The notes: a model not told the origin generated them from the letters alone. DNA of 64,000 bases from Podarcis melisellensis (GCA_964234715.1 OZ174282.1); one strand, 5' to 3'. Counted from the stretch's first letter, positions 12,601-23,561 are shown. Program-made: numbers and translations.

Positions 12601-15600
12601 CTATGGCATGAATGAAGAGGTTAAGAAACAAACTGAAATAAAATCCAGAATGGATTGAAGTTAAAGAACATGCAGAACAAATGGTCCCAAAAATAGTCCC
12701 TTAGATGAGCAACTGGCTCATCTACAGGCACTACACCATGGAAGAGGAAGCCTCCACTTCTGGGGAGAGCGCACGGAAAGGCCTCATTGCTCCAAAACAG
12801 CATCACCCTTTTCCCTGCATGTAGCTCGTCTGACCATGGAATGGGAGCTGAGCAGGGAAAAACCTGCTCCCTTCCTCTTGTGACACTGAGGACACTCCCT
12901 CCACCCACATCAGGTCCAAAGGCAGATGAGAGACTGAAACTTACCTTTACGATGAATGGCTACCATGATGGGTCGATCGTCCGGGTGAAGGTACTGCAAG
13001 ATGGATGTCCCAAGCAAATCCTGGGGCAGGTATCCCAACAGAGGCACCGCCCTGAAATCGAGCAATGCAGCGGCCAATTGACAAAAGCACAATGCAAACA
13101 CCAGCCTTGTAAGGGAGCCTTTTGTGACATAGAAACTGTGGGGGGGGGGGCTTTTAAACATCAAGAAAATGGCACTATTAAGCACATGTTGACTATGATC
13201 TCAGTCAACCACCCAGAAAGGCCATTCCCATCACCACCAATTCATGAATGGCTCCACCCCGGGAGGGCTGCATTTTTTCAGCTGTTCGTTGAACCTTTCA
13301 TGAGTTCAGGGTGTTTTCAAAAGCTTTCAGGAGACAGCTCTTCGGTTACTATTAGGATAAGACAAAGCAATACACCCACTGTGTGGGGAACATCTGTGCC
13401 CTCCAGGTGTTGCTAGACTCCAACTCCCATTGCCACCTCGGACCCCTGGCCACGCTGCCTGCTGGGACAGTTCACAGGTGGAGTCCAACAAGCTCTGGAG
13501 GGCCACAGAGGGGCGCACCCCATGCCTGCAACAGACAACGCATCAGCCCCTAATGGCATTTCTCTCTGGCATTGCCAGCAACACACCTCATATGTATGAG
13601 CAAGATAAAAGTCATCACCTGTCATCCACCTCCAGAAAGAAACAGCCTGGGGTGTGAGTGGTAGTGAAGATCCTCTTTTCTACAGGAATTCGAGGAGCTA
13701 ACAATTTAAAAGAAAGAAACACAAAGTATCAGTGATAGCTCAAGATCCACTTAGAGGTTCATGTGAACCCAAACAGCTTTCCTTTCTGCCAGTGGACCCA
13801 CAACACTCAACACTTTCAGGAACTCTCTCTCTGGGTTTCAGGAGCCTTTCCTTATCAAATGAGGCTGAGGAAAGAGAAGAGATACTGTTCCATCTAGAAC
13901 CTCCCTTCGTTCACAAAATTAGATTACAGTAATGGCGTTTTTATCCAGGGTTAGTGCCTTTCAGAGCAGACCCACTGCAGTTAATGGATATGACTAACTT
14001 AGGTGGTATTAATTTCAGTGGGTAAACTTGGCTGCAGTCCATATTCCCTTGCATGCTGACCAGGAAGTTGGAATGTTCTGTCAAACTGGCTCACACACAA
14101 GAATTGAAAGCATCCGTCTTGTCTACATCCCTACACATCCATGAGACACACACAGACCATTTAACAGGGATGCTGGGTGCAATCCAGTCCCAAAGTTAAT
14201 TCCCAGAAGATGGGATGGAAACATAACAGAATCTAGCATGATACACTTGGGTTTTAGCCCAGCCAATTTTAACTGGAGTTCCCCTTTTCTTGCCTTCATA
14301 GCCAGAGTGGATTTTTTCAGCGAGAGCCAAGCAACAAGACATCGGCCCACTGGGGTCAGAGACAGAGAAGTTGATCAAATAAGGGGTCATCCGGAATGGG
14401 TAGTAGTGCTTCTCTCGGTCCTGACCTTTGCCTCCCCTGCAAACAAAACAACAGAAAACCATTGATTCGTCAGCTACAGGTGAAGTTTACCCCAAATGGC
14501 AAGGGATTTTCTAGGTTTCTGGCTAGAAGGAAGAGGATCCTGCTGTCCTGTTAATTCACTCTGATGCTTGATTCCTTTGGCTCCTCTGAAGAGCAGCATT
14601 TTAGCATCAAAGTGTTATAACAGTAGGAACAGTCTACAGCAAAACACTTCCTTTTAGTAAGAAACTGATCACCTTGTAGTCACAGATTCGACTCTGTACT
14701 ACGGGGGGGGGGGCGGGGCGGGAAGAGAAGGACTATTTCCAGTTAATCTCATAAAATGAAGCAGGGTGGTAATAGGAAGAAATGTCACCACTACGATCCT
14801 AAAATGCTTGGGCATCAACATGCATACAGAAAAGTTGTGGTGAAAATAGCTTGTAACACCCCTCTTCTTGCCATAATCCTGCATAATACTCACCTTAGTC
14901 TGCAGAAAAAGGACTTCACTTGTGCATATTCATAAAGTGAGTCTGTAAGGGCAAAAATACATAGAGACCAACATTTGTTTATTAATTCTCCTCGTTCTCA
15001 GCATGCACATCTTAGCACCCTCTCACACCCAGGACCTACTTCAAAAACTAAGATGGCCTTTTTGTCCACCGAGACCAGAGAAGATGGGAGTGGAAGTATA
15101 TTTCGCTCTAGCAGGCTTAGTTTGGTCAGAACTGAGTATATACTTCTAGAGTTAATGCTAAATACATTCCTTCTGGTAAATGAGTCACCATAGCTGCTAG
15201 AGGGCTGTGAAAATTTGTGCCTCAGACTTTTTAGACTCGTCTACCCATGTACTATCTGAAACCAAAGAACTGCATGAGTTGCCAAATGTGAAATATATTA
15301 GCATTATTTTCAGCTCTCCTATGCCACTAAAAGCTCACGGTCAGCTCCCATTCCATGGTCAGATGAGATGCATGCAAAGAAGACCAACTGCTTCTTTGTG
15401 TCCTTCACCTGCCCACCCCTCCACCCTCAGCCCATTTCTCCCACGATTAGCTTCTGAACTTTTAGTGCTGCGAGTGTGTGCACAAGTTTTTAACAACATT
15501 ATCTGTCCCCAACTATGATAGGTGAGTGAATCAAGTACCAGATGTCCTGTCAGATGACAGACAGGTTGTCATGTCCACCTGTCAAAGTCCTTCCCAACCA

Positions 15601-18600
15601 CCCAGCAGCCAGCTGGTGAGGAACAGCAGGAATCAGCTGTGTTATCAAGTTCCAGAAGCGGAACTCAAGTCTGGCCCAGTGGGTAAACTCAGTGCCCTTC
15701 AGCTGATGCTTTCTGCAGGGACTGTCAAATGCCCTGTGAGGAACTTGGCTGCACAGCCAACTCAGTCACATCTCTACCTGTCCCATACAGATGTCACAGG
15801 TGACATCAGGTGTGTGGAAGCTGAAACAGCCCCGCAAAAATTGGGACACATGTCAGGTCAAATGTGGCCTGCAGATTGGAGTGTTCCCCCCTCCCCCCCA
15901 TTGGGTTAGGTAGTGACTATGTCCTACAATATTGTAATAGCAACATAAGAATTACTGGTAAACCAGTTAATTTTCTGTGTTTATCTGGAGCACACTATTT
16001 ACAACTCATTCAAGTGTTTTGCATTTTATACAACCATGCACATAGGATGAAATTTCCCCGGGCAGAGCATGTCACCTTTTGGGGCCTCCGTGTTCCAAAG
16101 CGGCAGGTGAGCCCGGTTGGTGTGAGTGTAGAAGATGCCCACATCCTGGGGAGCCAACAGCTCTGCAAAGCGGCAGGACTCCAAGCATTTCCTTTTGCAA
16201 TTCAGGACAGAGGCGGCTTGCGCAGAGACATGCACGGTCCGCCCAGAGAGCAATGAAAAGATGGCTACAAAAGTGTCCTGGAGGAAAAGAAGCACAATCC
16301 TCAAGCACAGCCAGAACAGCAGGAGCCACTTGGCAAGCCAACAAGATCACAGAGAGACACAGGTGTTCAGTTTTCATATTACAAATCGGGATCCAGTTGC
16401 CACCTGCCGCTTCTCAGCTACATGGTATGTTGTTACACCAAAGGCAAGGGCTCTTAAGGTCCAAGGGTCAAATGTGCCCTCCATGCCTCCCTCTCTCGGG
16501 ATTCTCCTCAAGCCCTGCTCCTCTACCAGCAGCCCCACTCCATGCCCTCCACCAAGTGCTTCCTGCCTAGAGGAAAGAGTCCTGAAGTGTGAGAAGATTT
16601 CCTGCTTGCCTAGGTGGAGGATGGAGATGGAGATATGCATGTTTAAGAAATTCTCTGGTTGAAATGTAGCCAGCTGTACAAAGCTAAGGGACACATCTCT
16701 TGCTCTGCCTTGCTTTCAGCTTCTGGCCCCACCTACTAGGGAACGTGGCCTTGCGTCATCTAAAAGGTTCCCGCCCCCTCCTGATTCAGGATGGAGATAG
16801 ATTACTGACATCAACACAGAACTCTCACGGCCTTGTGTTTTCCAGAGGCTGAGAAACAAAAGTGTCCCAGGGACCTGCACACGGACAGATCCACCAATTC
16901 CTGCTCACTGCTTTTATCACTCATTAGTACTTCTTGGGAGGTCTCTCTCATCCCTTCTCTAAGAGTGAAGCAGAGATGCAGCTTTACAGCGAAGGAAGAC
17001 AACAGCCATTTTGTGGTGGTTACATTTTATGAAGCATCTTTGAGCTGCTGCTAACTCTTTGACCAGTACACCTGAAATCGGCAAAGAGCCCCAATTAGCA
17101 TTCGGGTCACTTACTGTGTTTTTGGGGGCGTGTTCAGACATGATGGCTGCCAGCTCTTCCACTCCATACACAGGGGCATTAGTCTGATGTGCTCCATGCT
17201 TACCAAAAGCCTTAGAAACTTTGTTGTCAGCTGGTGAGGAGGCAAGGGAAGCAAGAGGCAGAGGGGAGAAATCAGCAATGAGCAGGTGGCAAATTTGGGT
17301 ATAATCTTACGTAACCCTGTTTGTAAAATGACCATACCAGATTCAACATGTGCCACCCTTCAGCACCCTCCAGAACACTGGACTCAACCCCCAACATCAT
17401 ACAGCCATGCCAATGGATGGGAGCTGGGGCACAGGCCAAAAAGTGCAGTGTGGGATTTCTTCAAATGCATCCACATACCTTGGATCTGCTGGACACACTT
17501 GAGAGCGTAGTTCAGGGCACAGAGGGTGCTGGCCTTGCTGCAACTCTCCACCTGCTCTGCAGGGAGATATTGTTTCATTTCCTGGATCAGCAGCTTCAGC
17601 TTTCTATTATTACTTTGGTTCCAACAAAGCAGCTCGCTGCAGATGAATACAAAAAAATGCACAAAAGCATATTTTAGAAAGAAGGGCCTTTCTTAGGTGA
17701 TATCTGCTTTGGGTGGGGAGAAGCTGAAAGCCACGTTTGCTCCAGCACAAAGAAAGGTTGCTCCTTGTGCTGTAAAGAAGGATCTGGAGCTCTGTCATCT
17801 AACAGGACCAGCATGGAACCCTATTTGTTTATGGCACTTTGCACATTCCAGGCGCTACGTTTCTTGTCACAAGCCCCATAAACACTTCAGACTGCCTGGC
17901 CCTCAGCTAAAATACCTGAGAGCACTGAAGCATGCCTTTAAAAGCCATTGTGGCCCAAGATAATAGCACCCTCTGTATGGACTCCTATGCCCCCTCTTTG
18001 AACCCTGCCCAATATCCCACTTTCCAAGAGGCATGGCTAGGAGCATAGACTTTTCTGCAATTGCCTCCAGAGCTGTAGAATGGCCTCTCTAGGAAGGCCA
18101 GGAACAATTCTTTCTTTCCCCGGGGTTTTTAATTAAAAAAAAGTATGTATTCTGGTGGCTTTTGAAGTCTCCTGTGGTTTAATTTACTTACTTGCTGTGC
18201 CTCACTATTGTGGTTTTAAATTTTTATTGCAACTCCCCCCCCCCCCCCGCAATGCCAATCATATGCACAATTGCGGGAAGTCTGCTGCTGCATGAAAGGA
18301 TCTGTGGATTAAGGGATTAACCCACTTTTAGTCCAAGGCAACTGGCAGGCACCAGGCTGGCCAAGGCTGCATTAACCCAGTACTGCCTTTAGAAGGGCAT
18401 TTCTGCTCTGCGTGGAGGAAATCAGCTGGCAACTCTTTCGTATTTCACTCCTGCCAAATCTGGTTAATATGATGGGGATGCCTTGATCCCAAAGCAAGCA
18501 CTACATGGATCAGTGAAGGTTACCCGATTTGGGGGGGGGGGCGGTATTGACCCCACCCAATTCTTGGATGGTGGAGATGAAGGGAGGATGGAGTCACCTG

Positions 18601-19121
18601 CTCCTCCTTGGAATTTTGCATCCATTCATCCCCCAAGTGTCACTCTGTGACCACAATTTACTGGTCAATACTTGAATACCTCCAAATGTGCCACATATAT
18701 ATGGTGCTTAGCTCCTAAATTCAGGCCCAGCAGTTCTAGCAGCTCCTGGTTTCAACCCTGGGAAATTACAAGCACCAACTTTAGAATCAGAACGCAGCCA
18801 AGCTTTTCAACAAACTGGCAAAAAGAGTTACCTGCTGCAGCTGCTGCTGCTACCACTGCCACCTACAGATCTGTCCTGCCCATCAGGATTTCTGGCCAAG
18901 CTGCCATTTGATTCAAGGCAGTGAGTGCTGGTCCCGATGGACTCATTTCCAATGGAGCTGCTTTCTGTACTTCCACCACAACGTATCTGTGTGGTGGCTT
19001 CTTCGCAGGTACCATTCTGCTCAAGAGTATCGCCTTCCCGGTTCTCAATTTCGGCCAGGTTGGCCGGCAACCGGTTTGCCTGCTGGTCCAAGAAGTCATC
19101 CTGGAGAAGGTCCTCATTCAT
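527..19121 (-). CDS. PER3: Period circadian protein homolog 3 (multi-exon CDS, 20 coding exons in window, 3' incomplete)
   Basis: Spliced exons give PAS-A, PAS-B/PAC ([27 protein letters not shown]), SSGYGS degron, [65 protein letters not shown] and a C-terminal CRY-binding region. All splice phases match (3627 nt). The position next to VAMP3 and CAMTA1 identifies the paralog as PER3. Confidence 0.96.
1417..1597 (-). CDS. PER3: PER3 exon ([16 protein letters not shown]...MTYQMPK)
   Basis: Acceptor caaacag, donor gtgaga, 181 nt, phase 1 to 2; PER motif SKYFxSxDSSE. Confidence 0.93.
1880..3005 (+). mobile_element. Degenerate CR1-type LINE fragment, interrupted by a MITE
   Basis: CR1 RT/3' region-like sequence (gtggtgaaaaaggcaaattcc...gttaggaaaggaattgaaaataaaactg...; gagaagctcttctccctctcc...gttggaagattcaggacaaa); boundaries approximate. 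Confidence 0.7.
2501..2770. mobile_element. Non-autonomous Tc1/mariner-pogo-like MITE inserted in the CR1 fragment
   Basis: Inverted copy of the element at 31195-31443 (shared gggttgcgaa, gatttagcgct, gttccggtacttc), with decayed TA-CAGT termini. Confidence 0.7.
3089..3281 (-). CDS. PER3: PER3 exon ([40 protein letters not shown]...)
   Basis: Acceptor tttgcag, donor gtaagg, 193 nt, phase 0 to 1; PER Ser/Gly-rich segment. Confidence 0.92.
4342..5057 (-). CDS. PER3: PER3 large exon (basic NLS-like [14 protein letters not shown], Pro-rich region, [18 protein letters not shown])
   Basis: Acceptor cctccgcag, donor gtaagt, 716 nt, phase 1 to 0. Confidence 0.9.
6059..6328 (-). CDS. PER3: PER3 exon (second CK1-binding motif, [24 protein letters not shown])
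   Basis: Acceptor ctctcgcag, donor gtagga, 270 nt, phase 1 to 1. Confidence 0.92.
7105..7314 (-). CDS. PER3: PER3 exon (FASP-type serine cluster [20 protein letters not shown])
   Basis: Acceptor cccactag, donor gtaggt, 210 nt, phase 1 to 1. Confidence 0.92.
7689..7816 (-). CDS. PER3: PER3 exon ([30 protein letters not shown]...)
   Basis: Acceptor attgcag, donor gtgaga, 128 nt, phase 2 to 1; read by hand, not in the ORF track. Confidence 0.92.
8362..8568. mobile_element. Non-autonomous DNA transposon remnant (pogo/Tigger-like MITE)
   Basis: Starts gtatcttggaagttgaacgg (cf. gtaccttggaagtcgaacgg near 31453) and ends ccaaggta, the inverted counterpart. Confidence 0.55.
8848..8971 (-). CDS. PER3: PER3 exon (...[13 protein letters not shown], first CK1-binding motif)
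   Basis: Pyrimidine tract then ttttctag acceptor, donor gtaata, 124 nt, phase 1 to 2. Confidence 0.88.
9203..9320 (-). CDS. PER3: PER3 exon ([25 protein letters not shown]...)
   Basis: Acceptor ccccag, donor gtgagt, 118 nt, phase 0 to 1. Confidence 0.88.
9834..9962 (-). CDS. PER3: PER3 exon ([13 protein letters not shown]..., beta-TrCP phosphodegron)
   Basis: Acceptor ttccag, donor gtgagt, 129 nt, phase 0 to 0. Confidence 0.94.
10129..10234 (-). CDS. PER3: PER3 exon (SPLNEDVFA...[12 protein letters not shown])
   Basis: Acceptor tttgcag, donor gtaagg, 106 nt, phase 2 to 0. Confidence 0.94.
11821..11977 (-). CDS. PER3: PER3 exon ([56 protein letters not shown])
   Basis: Acceptor ttttactcag, donor gtaagc, 157 nt, phase 1 to 2. 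Confidence 0.96.
12190..12338 (+). mobile_element. tRNA-derived SINE with CR1-like 3' tail
   Basis: A-box-like taactcagttgg, B-box ggttcaatcc, tail gggtcccttccaactctgtgattctatga. Confidence 0.65.
12945..13051 (-). CDS. PER3: PER3 exon ([39 protein letters not shown])
   Basis: Acceptor gatttcag, donor gtaagt, 107 nt, phase 2 to 1. Confidence 0.96.
13619..13697 (-). CDS. PER3: PER3 exon ([27 protein letters not shown])
   Basis: Acceptor ttgttag, donor gtgatg, 79 nt, phase 1 to 2. Confidence 0.95.
14294..14436 (-). CDS. PER3: PER3 exon ([20 protein letters not shown]...[10 protein letters not shown]), GC donor
   Basis: Acceptor tttgcag, donor gcaaga (non-canonical GC), 143 nt, phase 2 to 1. 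Confidence 0.92.
14894..14942 (-). CDS. PER3: PER3 small exon ([16 protein letters not shown])
   Basis: Acceptor ccttacag, donor gtgagt, 49 nt, phase 1 to 2; PER KSFFCR motif. Confidence 0.93.
16076..16277 (-). CDS. PER3: PER3 exon ([29 protein letters not shown]...[15 protein letters not shown]...LPLWN)
   Basis: Acceptor cctccag, donor gtgaca, 202 nt, phase 0 to 1. Confidence 0.95.
17115..17230 (-). CDS. PER3: PER3 exon (ADNKVSK...[18 protein letters not shown])
   Basis: Acceptor caccag, donor gtaagt, 116 nt, phase 1 to 0. Confidence 0.92.
17306..17315. promoter_or_regulatory. Candidate D-box (PAR-bZIP/NFIL3 site), palindromic TTACGTAA in a PER3 intron
   Basis: cTTACGTAAc matches the TTAYGTAA core; function inferred only. 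Confidence 0.4.
17479..17636 (-). CDS. PER3: PER3 exon (...[12 protein letters not shown]...[17 protein letters not shown])
   Basis: Acceptor tctgcag, donor gtatgt, 158 nt, phase 2 to 1; PER STLxALxYAL motif. Confidence 0.94.
18832..19121 (-). CDS. PER3: PER3 first coding exon ([10 protein letters not shown]...SSIGNES...GSGSSSSCS)
   Basis: ATG with A at -3, open Ser-rich frame, donor gtaact in phase 2 matching the next exon; start codon assignment is inferred. Confidence 0.75.
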
Positions 19122-20472
19122 AGTGAGCAGACAAAGGACTACAGTAAGGAGGCTTCTATTGCCATGGCCTGGTCCACTGTCAAATTCAAGTTCTCCCTTC
19201 TAAGCCACCTTGAAAACCACATGAATCTGGCATTAGCAATTGCCCCCTTTTCATTTTACTGTTGAAAACAATGCGTTCATGTGACACCTCTGGATGGGCT
19301 CAGTGTCCAGAATCACTGCATCCTCTCCGTCTGAAGATGACCCAACGGCCCCAGATTTTTGTGGGGAGTTAGCTTCAGACAGCTCTCCCGACTGAGAGCT
19401 GCAGAAGCCTTTGGTTTCAACGACTCCATCTCCCCTTCGCCTTCATCCTGCAGCGCCTTCATCCTGGTGACACAGAAGCCAAGTGGAAAGAGAGTGAGAG
19501 AGAGAAAGACAAGCTAATGATGATGAACATCTCCGCTAAGAGAGAAGAATAGCCCATAACCAGATGAGGATGGTGCATCTTACTCCTTTTGAAATGTCTC
19601 AGCACTGAAGCCAGACTGCTGCATTTCCATAACCACATTTGGGTCCATCAGAAGACCTGATTACCACTGCAACCATGGGAGGGGGAAGCCCAGCACCCTG
19701 ACACATAATTGTCCCCATATTTCGAGCACTCCTGGAGGGTCCTCCTGAGATACGGAACTTTGACTGTGCTCACTGCACAATTACAGGAGGGAAAAGAACA
19801 CCCAAAGAGAGATTTTGCTTTGGTGGATTTCAGCAAACTTACTTTTTTCGAATATATCTTTGTGGTGAATAGCTGGCTGACCCCACACACAGAACCATCC
19901 CCAGAGTGTCACACGAGAGCAGACAGAGCTTGGTTCTCAGTGCTTCAGTCAAGTCACTGCTGCTGCTCCACCACACACTTGCAGGCGGTTCACCAATACT
20001 TGGTGAACAGAAACTGGAGTCAACCTGCTGAAAGGCTGCAGGCAACAGACTCCCTTTCTAATTAAATTGAGGGGTGTTGCCACCTTGCTAGGCAGCCTCC
20101 TCAGGAAAAAGGCATCAAAAGCCAAAGAAAAAGTAAGCGTCTTGATGATCATGTGTATCTAAGCTAGAACTCCTGAACAGCACAACTTGAAAGGTATTCT
20201 TCAACAAAGAAAAGACGAGTTTACAGTAAGGACAATAAATTCTGCTATAACCGAATGTAAAGGTACCATAAAAGGCTTTTTCAAATAGACTGTCCGAGTT
20301 AATATACCAAATGCTAAAAAAATCTGGGCAAAAAACATGAAGTACAATCCTCAGCATGTTTACTGAAAAGAGAACTTTTGAAACTGCCACAGATTCCACT
20401 GCAAGTTCTGTTCACAACAGCTCCCAGGACACTCCAGGAGACACTGCCTTGAGTCTCATGCTCCTCTCCATT

Positions 20473-20482
20473 ATTACATAAT
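20473..20482 (-). promoter_or_regulatory. Canonical D-box ATTATGTAAT in PER3 intron 1
   Basis: Exact RTTAYGTAAY match; PER3 is a known D-box-regulated clock gene in mammals. Confidence 0.5.
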
Positions 20483-22194
20483 GCTTGTTAACACCCAACC
20501 TGAAATTCTTCTTATTGACTCATGGCTTGCTTGCCAAACCCAAGCAGAGGGACGTAATGTGCAAGAGTCCCAGCTTCACATTGTTTGCAGCTTTATCTGG
20601 GGACCAACGAAACAATACTTGTGGAAGGAAGAAATAAAATTCAAACAAAATACAAAAACAGGACCATGTCATGTTTTAAATTGTTTGGTAAAAGTGCCTT
20701 TTGGCTGAGCTGCTTCCTTGGGTCACAACAATGACTGTTTATGGCAGGAGCGGGGAGCCTGTTGCTGCTGGATTTCAGCTCCCACCAGCCCCAGAAGCCA
20801 GGATGGTTGAAAATAGGAGCTGCAGGCCTGAAATGTTTGGAGGGGCACAGGTGCCCCACCCCTGGTTGAAGAAAATGAGCTCAGGGGGATATTCCTGGAC
20901 TTGAGACTCTCCCCTCCCCTCCCCTCCCCACCCAAAGACTCAAGTGCAGTTCAGAGAGTGAAAGCCTCCAAGGGAAGTGTGGAGGCAAGGAATCCACACC
21001 TTATTACAGGAGTATAACCAAAGCAGGTTATTCAATCTGCAGATAAGTGCGTAGGTGTGGAGATGACCCCTCCATTGTGCAAAGCTGGACCAGCAAAATG
21101 GTCTCAAAAACCCGGGTGTTGCTGGGTTACAACTCCCACCCTCCCTGACCATCAGCCACGTTGTCTGGAGCTGGAGGCGAGCAATACTTGGGAGGGACAG
21201 TCACTCCCTACCACTGTTCAACAATGTTGTACAACACTAACCATTGGGCATTAACTTCTGCCAAGGAAGCAACACAAAAAAGTAAGGGTAGCTGTGATGG
21301 CTGTTAAGGGAAAAACAAACCAGCAAGTCCTCCATAGGGCATGACCTTCATTGGGGCAACCAAAACATCACAAAATAGTATGCAAGCTTTTGAGTGCTCC
21401 AGAACTCATCACCAAGCGAGATGGTAGATGGAGCTCCTCAGGGCTTCTCCCAGGCTGCAAGTTGGCCCACAGGGAGGCACGCCAGTCAGGACCAACGTGC
21501 CACCATGAATTCCTATTAATTACTTCCAGGGCATTTTTTCACTTGCTTATATAACACTAGATGAAGCAATGGAAGAGTGAAAATGATTTGCTAATTGTTA
21601 GCCTGGTACAGGACCATAAACACCAACATCTCCACCGTCCAACTCCAGCAGATTGTAATGTTTTGTCAAAATCCCAAAGTCCATACTGTGCAACAAGCTT
21701 CTTATTTTCCTACAACAGGGTGTGCTTCCTCTTGTGAAGCAGGATTAATAATTTTTTTCAAAGCCAGTGCAACAGAGGAAAAGCAAGCTTGAAAAGCACT
21801 CTCAGAAATGCAGGCAGTGATGTCACAAAAGACGAGCAATCAACTCTGAGCAAGAAAATAATAAATCCAAGCTGAATAGGGAGGGGGAGAGGAACACTGC
21901 ACAATAGACCTTTTCTGGCAATAGTCCTGAACAAGGTAACACAAATTGCATAGAAATTTCACACCAGATCTTCCCGCAAGGGATCTTGTGCACTCCACAT
22001 CTTATTAAAAGGAGACTCTTAAATGAGGAGGGGCAGGAGGAGAAGCTTTTGTTTTCACCTAAACATGCCTGAAAGTCTCATCAGGGGAAGGTTGGGGGTT
22101 GAGTAGCACCTACTAACTTTGGGGGCATGAAGATTTGAATGAGGCTAGTATGAACAAAAGTGGGGGGAAACAGGGCAGTGTGCCCTAGACATCA

Positions 22195-22222
22195 GTGTGT
22201 GTGTGCGCGCGCGCGCGTGTGT
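22195..22222. repeat. Alternating purine-pyrimidine (GT)n(GC)n(GT)n microsatellite
   Basis: gtgtgtgtgtgcgcgcgcgcgcgtgtgt. Confidence 0.85.
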
Positions 22223-23561
22223 CTTAAAATGGAGGAACTGGAAATAGTGTTTAACTGACAAGTGCTGAAGCAAAGTTTTGTGAGGAACCTACTCATAACT
22301 ACCTGCACAACTACAGAAGGGCCCTGGCTAACTGAACAGAAAGCAAATGAGCCACATTCCTGAATAATCTTAAATTATGGGTGAAGTGGAATTCCATTCC
22401 CACAATAGTCTGACATGGTAGCTAAGACCAAGCAAATTAGGCCTACAGATTTTTACTTTCTGGTGCCCTAGATTAGATGATGCAGAGACCATTGCTTAGT
22501 TTCAAAAGATGCTTTTGCAGCCAACTGTCTAAATCTCTCCCTGCCGCCCCGGGAATTAATCAGAAACACATGTCTTCTTGCGAAAAGTGAAGACCATACC
22601 TGTAAAGAACTGTTAAAGATGAAGGGAACAAAGAGTGTGTGAGAGCATACGTACATTCCAAAATATTTAGTGGACATCCTACTCCACAGCAGGAAAAAGA
22701 TCTTCCTTTAAACAGCGGGCCCTATCCCAATGATCCCTATAGCTTAGCCCAAGACTAATTATTATTGTATATTATTATGTTTCTTTATTTATACCCCACC
22801 TTTTCCCCTGACAGGGACTCAAAGTGGCTTACGGATAAAAATAAGAGCACAGTAAAACAACAACAAAAAACTGGAAAACAACTAAACATTGATAGAAATC
22901 AAACTATATATACACAAGGTATCACGCCCCCCCTCCACCCTTGTGTCAACCTGTTCTCAATAGCCACCACTACAGTACGATTTGGTGGAGGAGCAGATAC
23001 AAGGATGAGAATCATGGAGAGGCAAAAGGAAACACAGCAAAAATGCTTATTATCATTCCTGGAGAGTGGGCTGGGGAGACAGAAAGAGGTGGAGACCTGG
23101 GAGGAGTTCTAGACTTTCGATTGCAATGTTTAAATAATGGGCGCATCTTTTCACCACCACCGCAAGGCACCGTGAGGCTGCTGTGCTGGTCTCTCCCAGC
23201 CCTTTTCCCCGCCCCGCCCCCCTTGAGGTTTGGAGGCTTTTAACGCAACCGAGCAGCAGAAAACGACTCCAGGCGAAGTTTCACCCCGTCCTAGAGAAAG
23301 CAAAGCAGCCCCCCCCCCAAAAGCAACCCACAGGAAAAAAAAACCACAGAGGTAAAACAGATTTCTCCTGTTCCCTATCCTGGAGGGTCGGGGCTCTGGG
23401 AGTAAACGCAATCTTCAGACACACGACTGGGGAGAGAGAGCAAAAGCCAGGCAAGGAGAGAGACCTCAAGACAAAAGGGGTCACGGCCACAGGGAGCTTC
23501 AACCGGAGCGGAGAAACATTTGACTGTGATCCTTACGGCAAACCCCGCCCTTTTATCTGTC

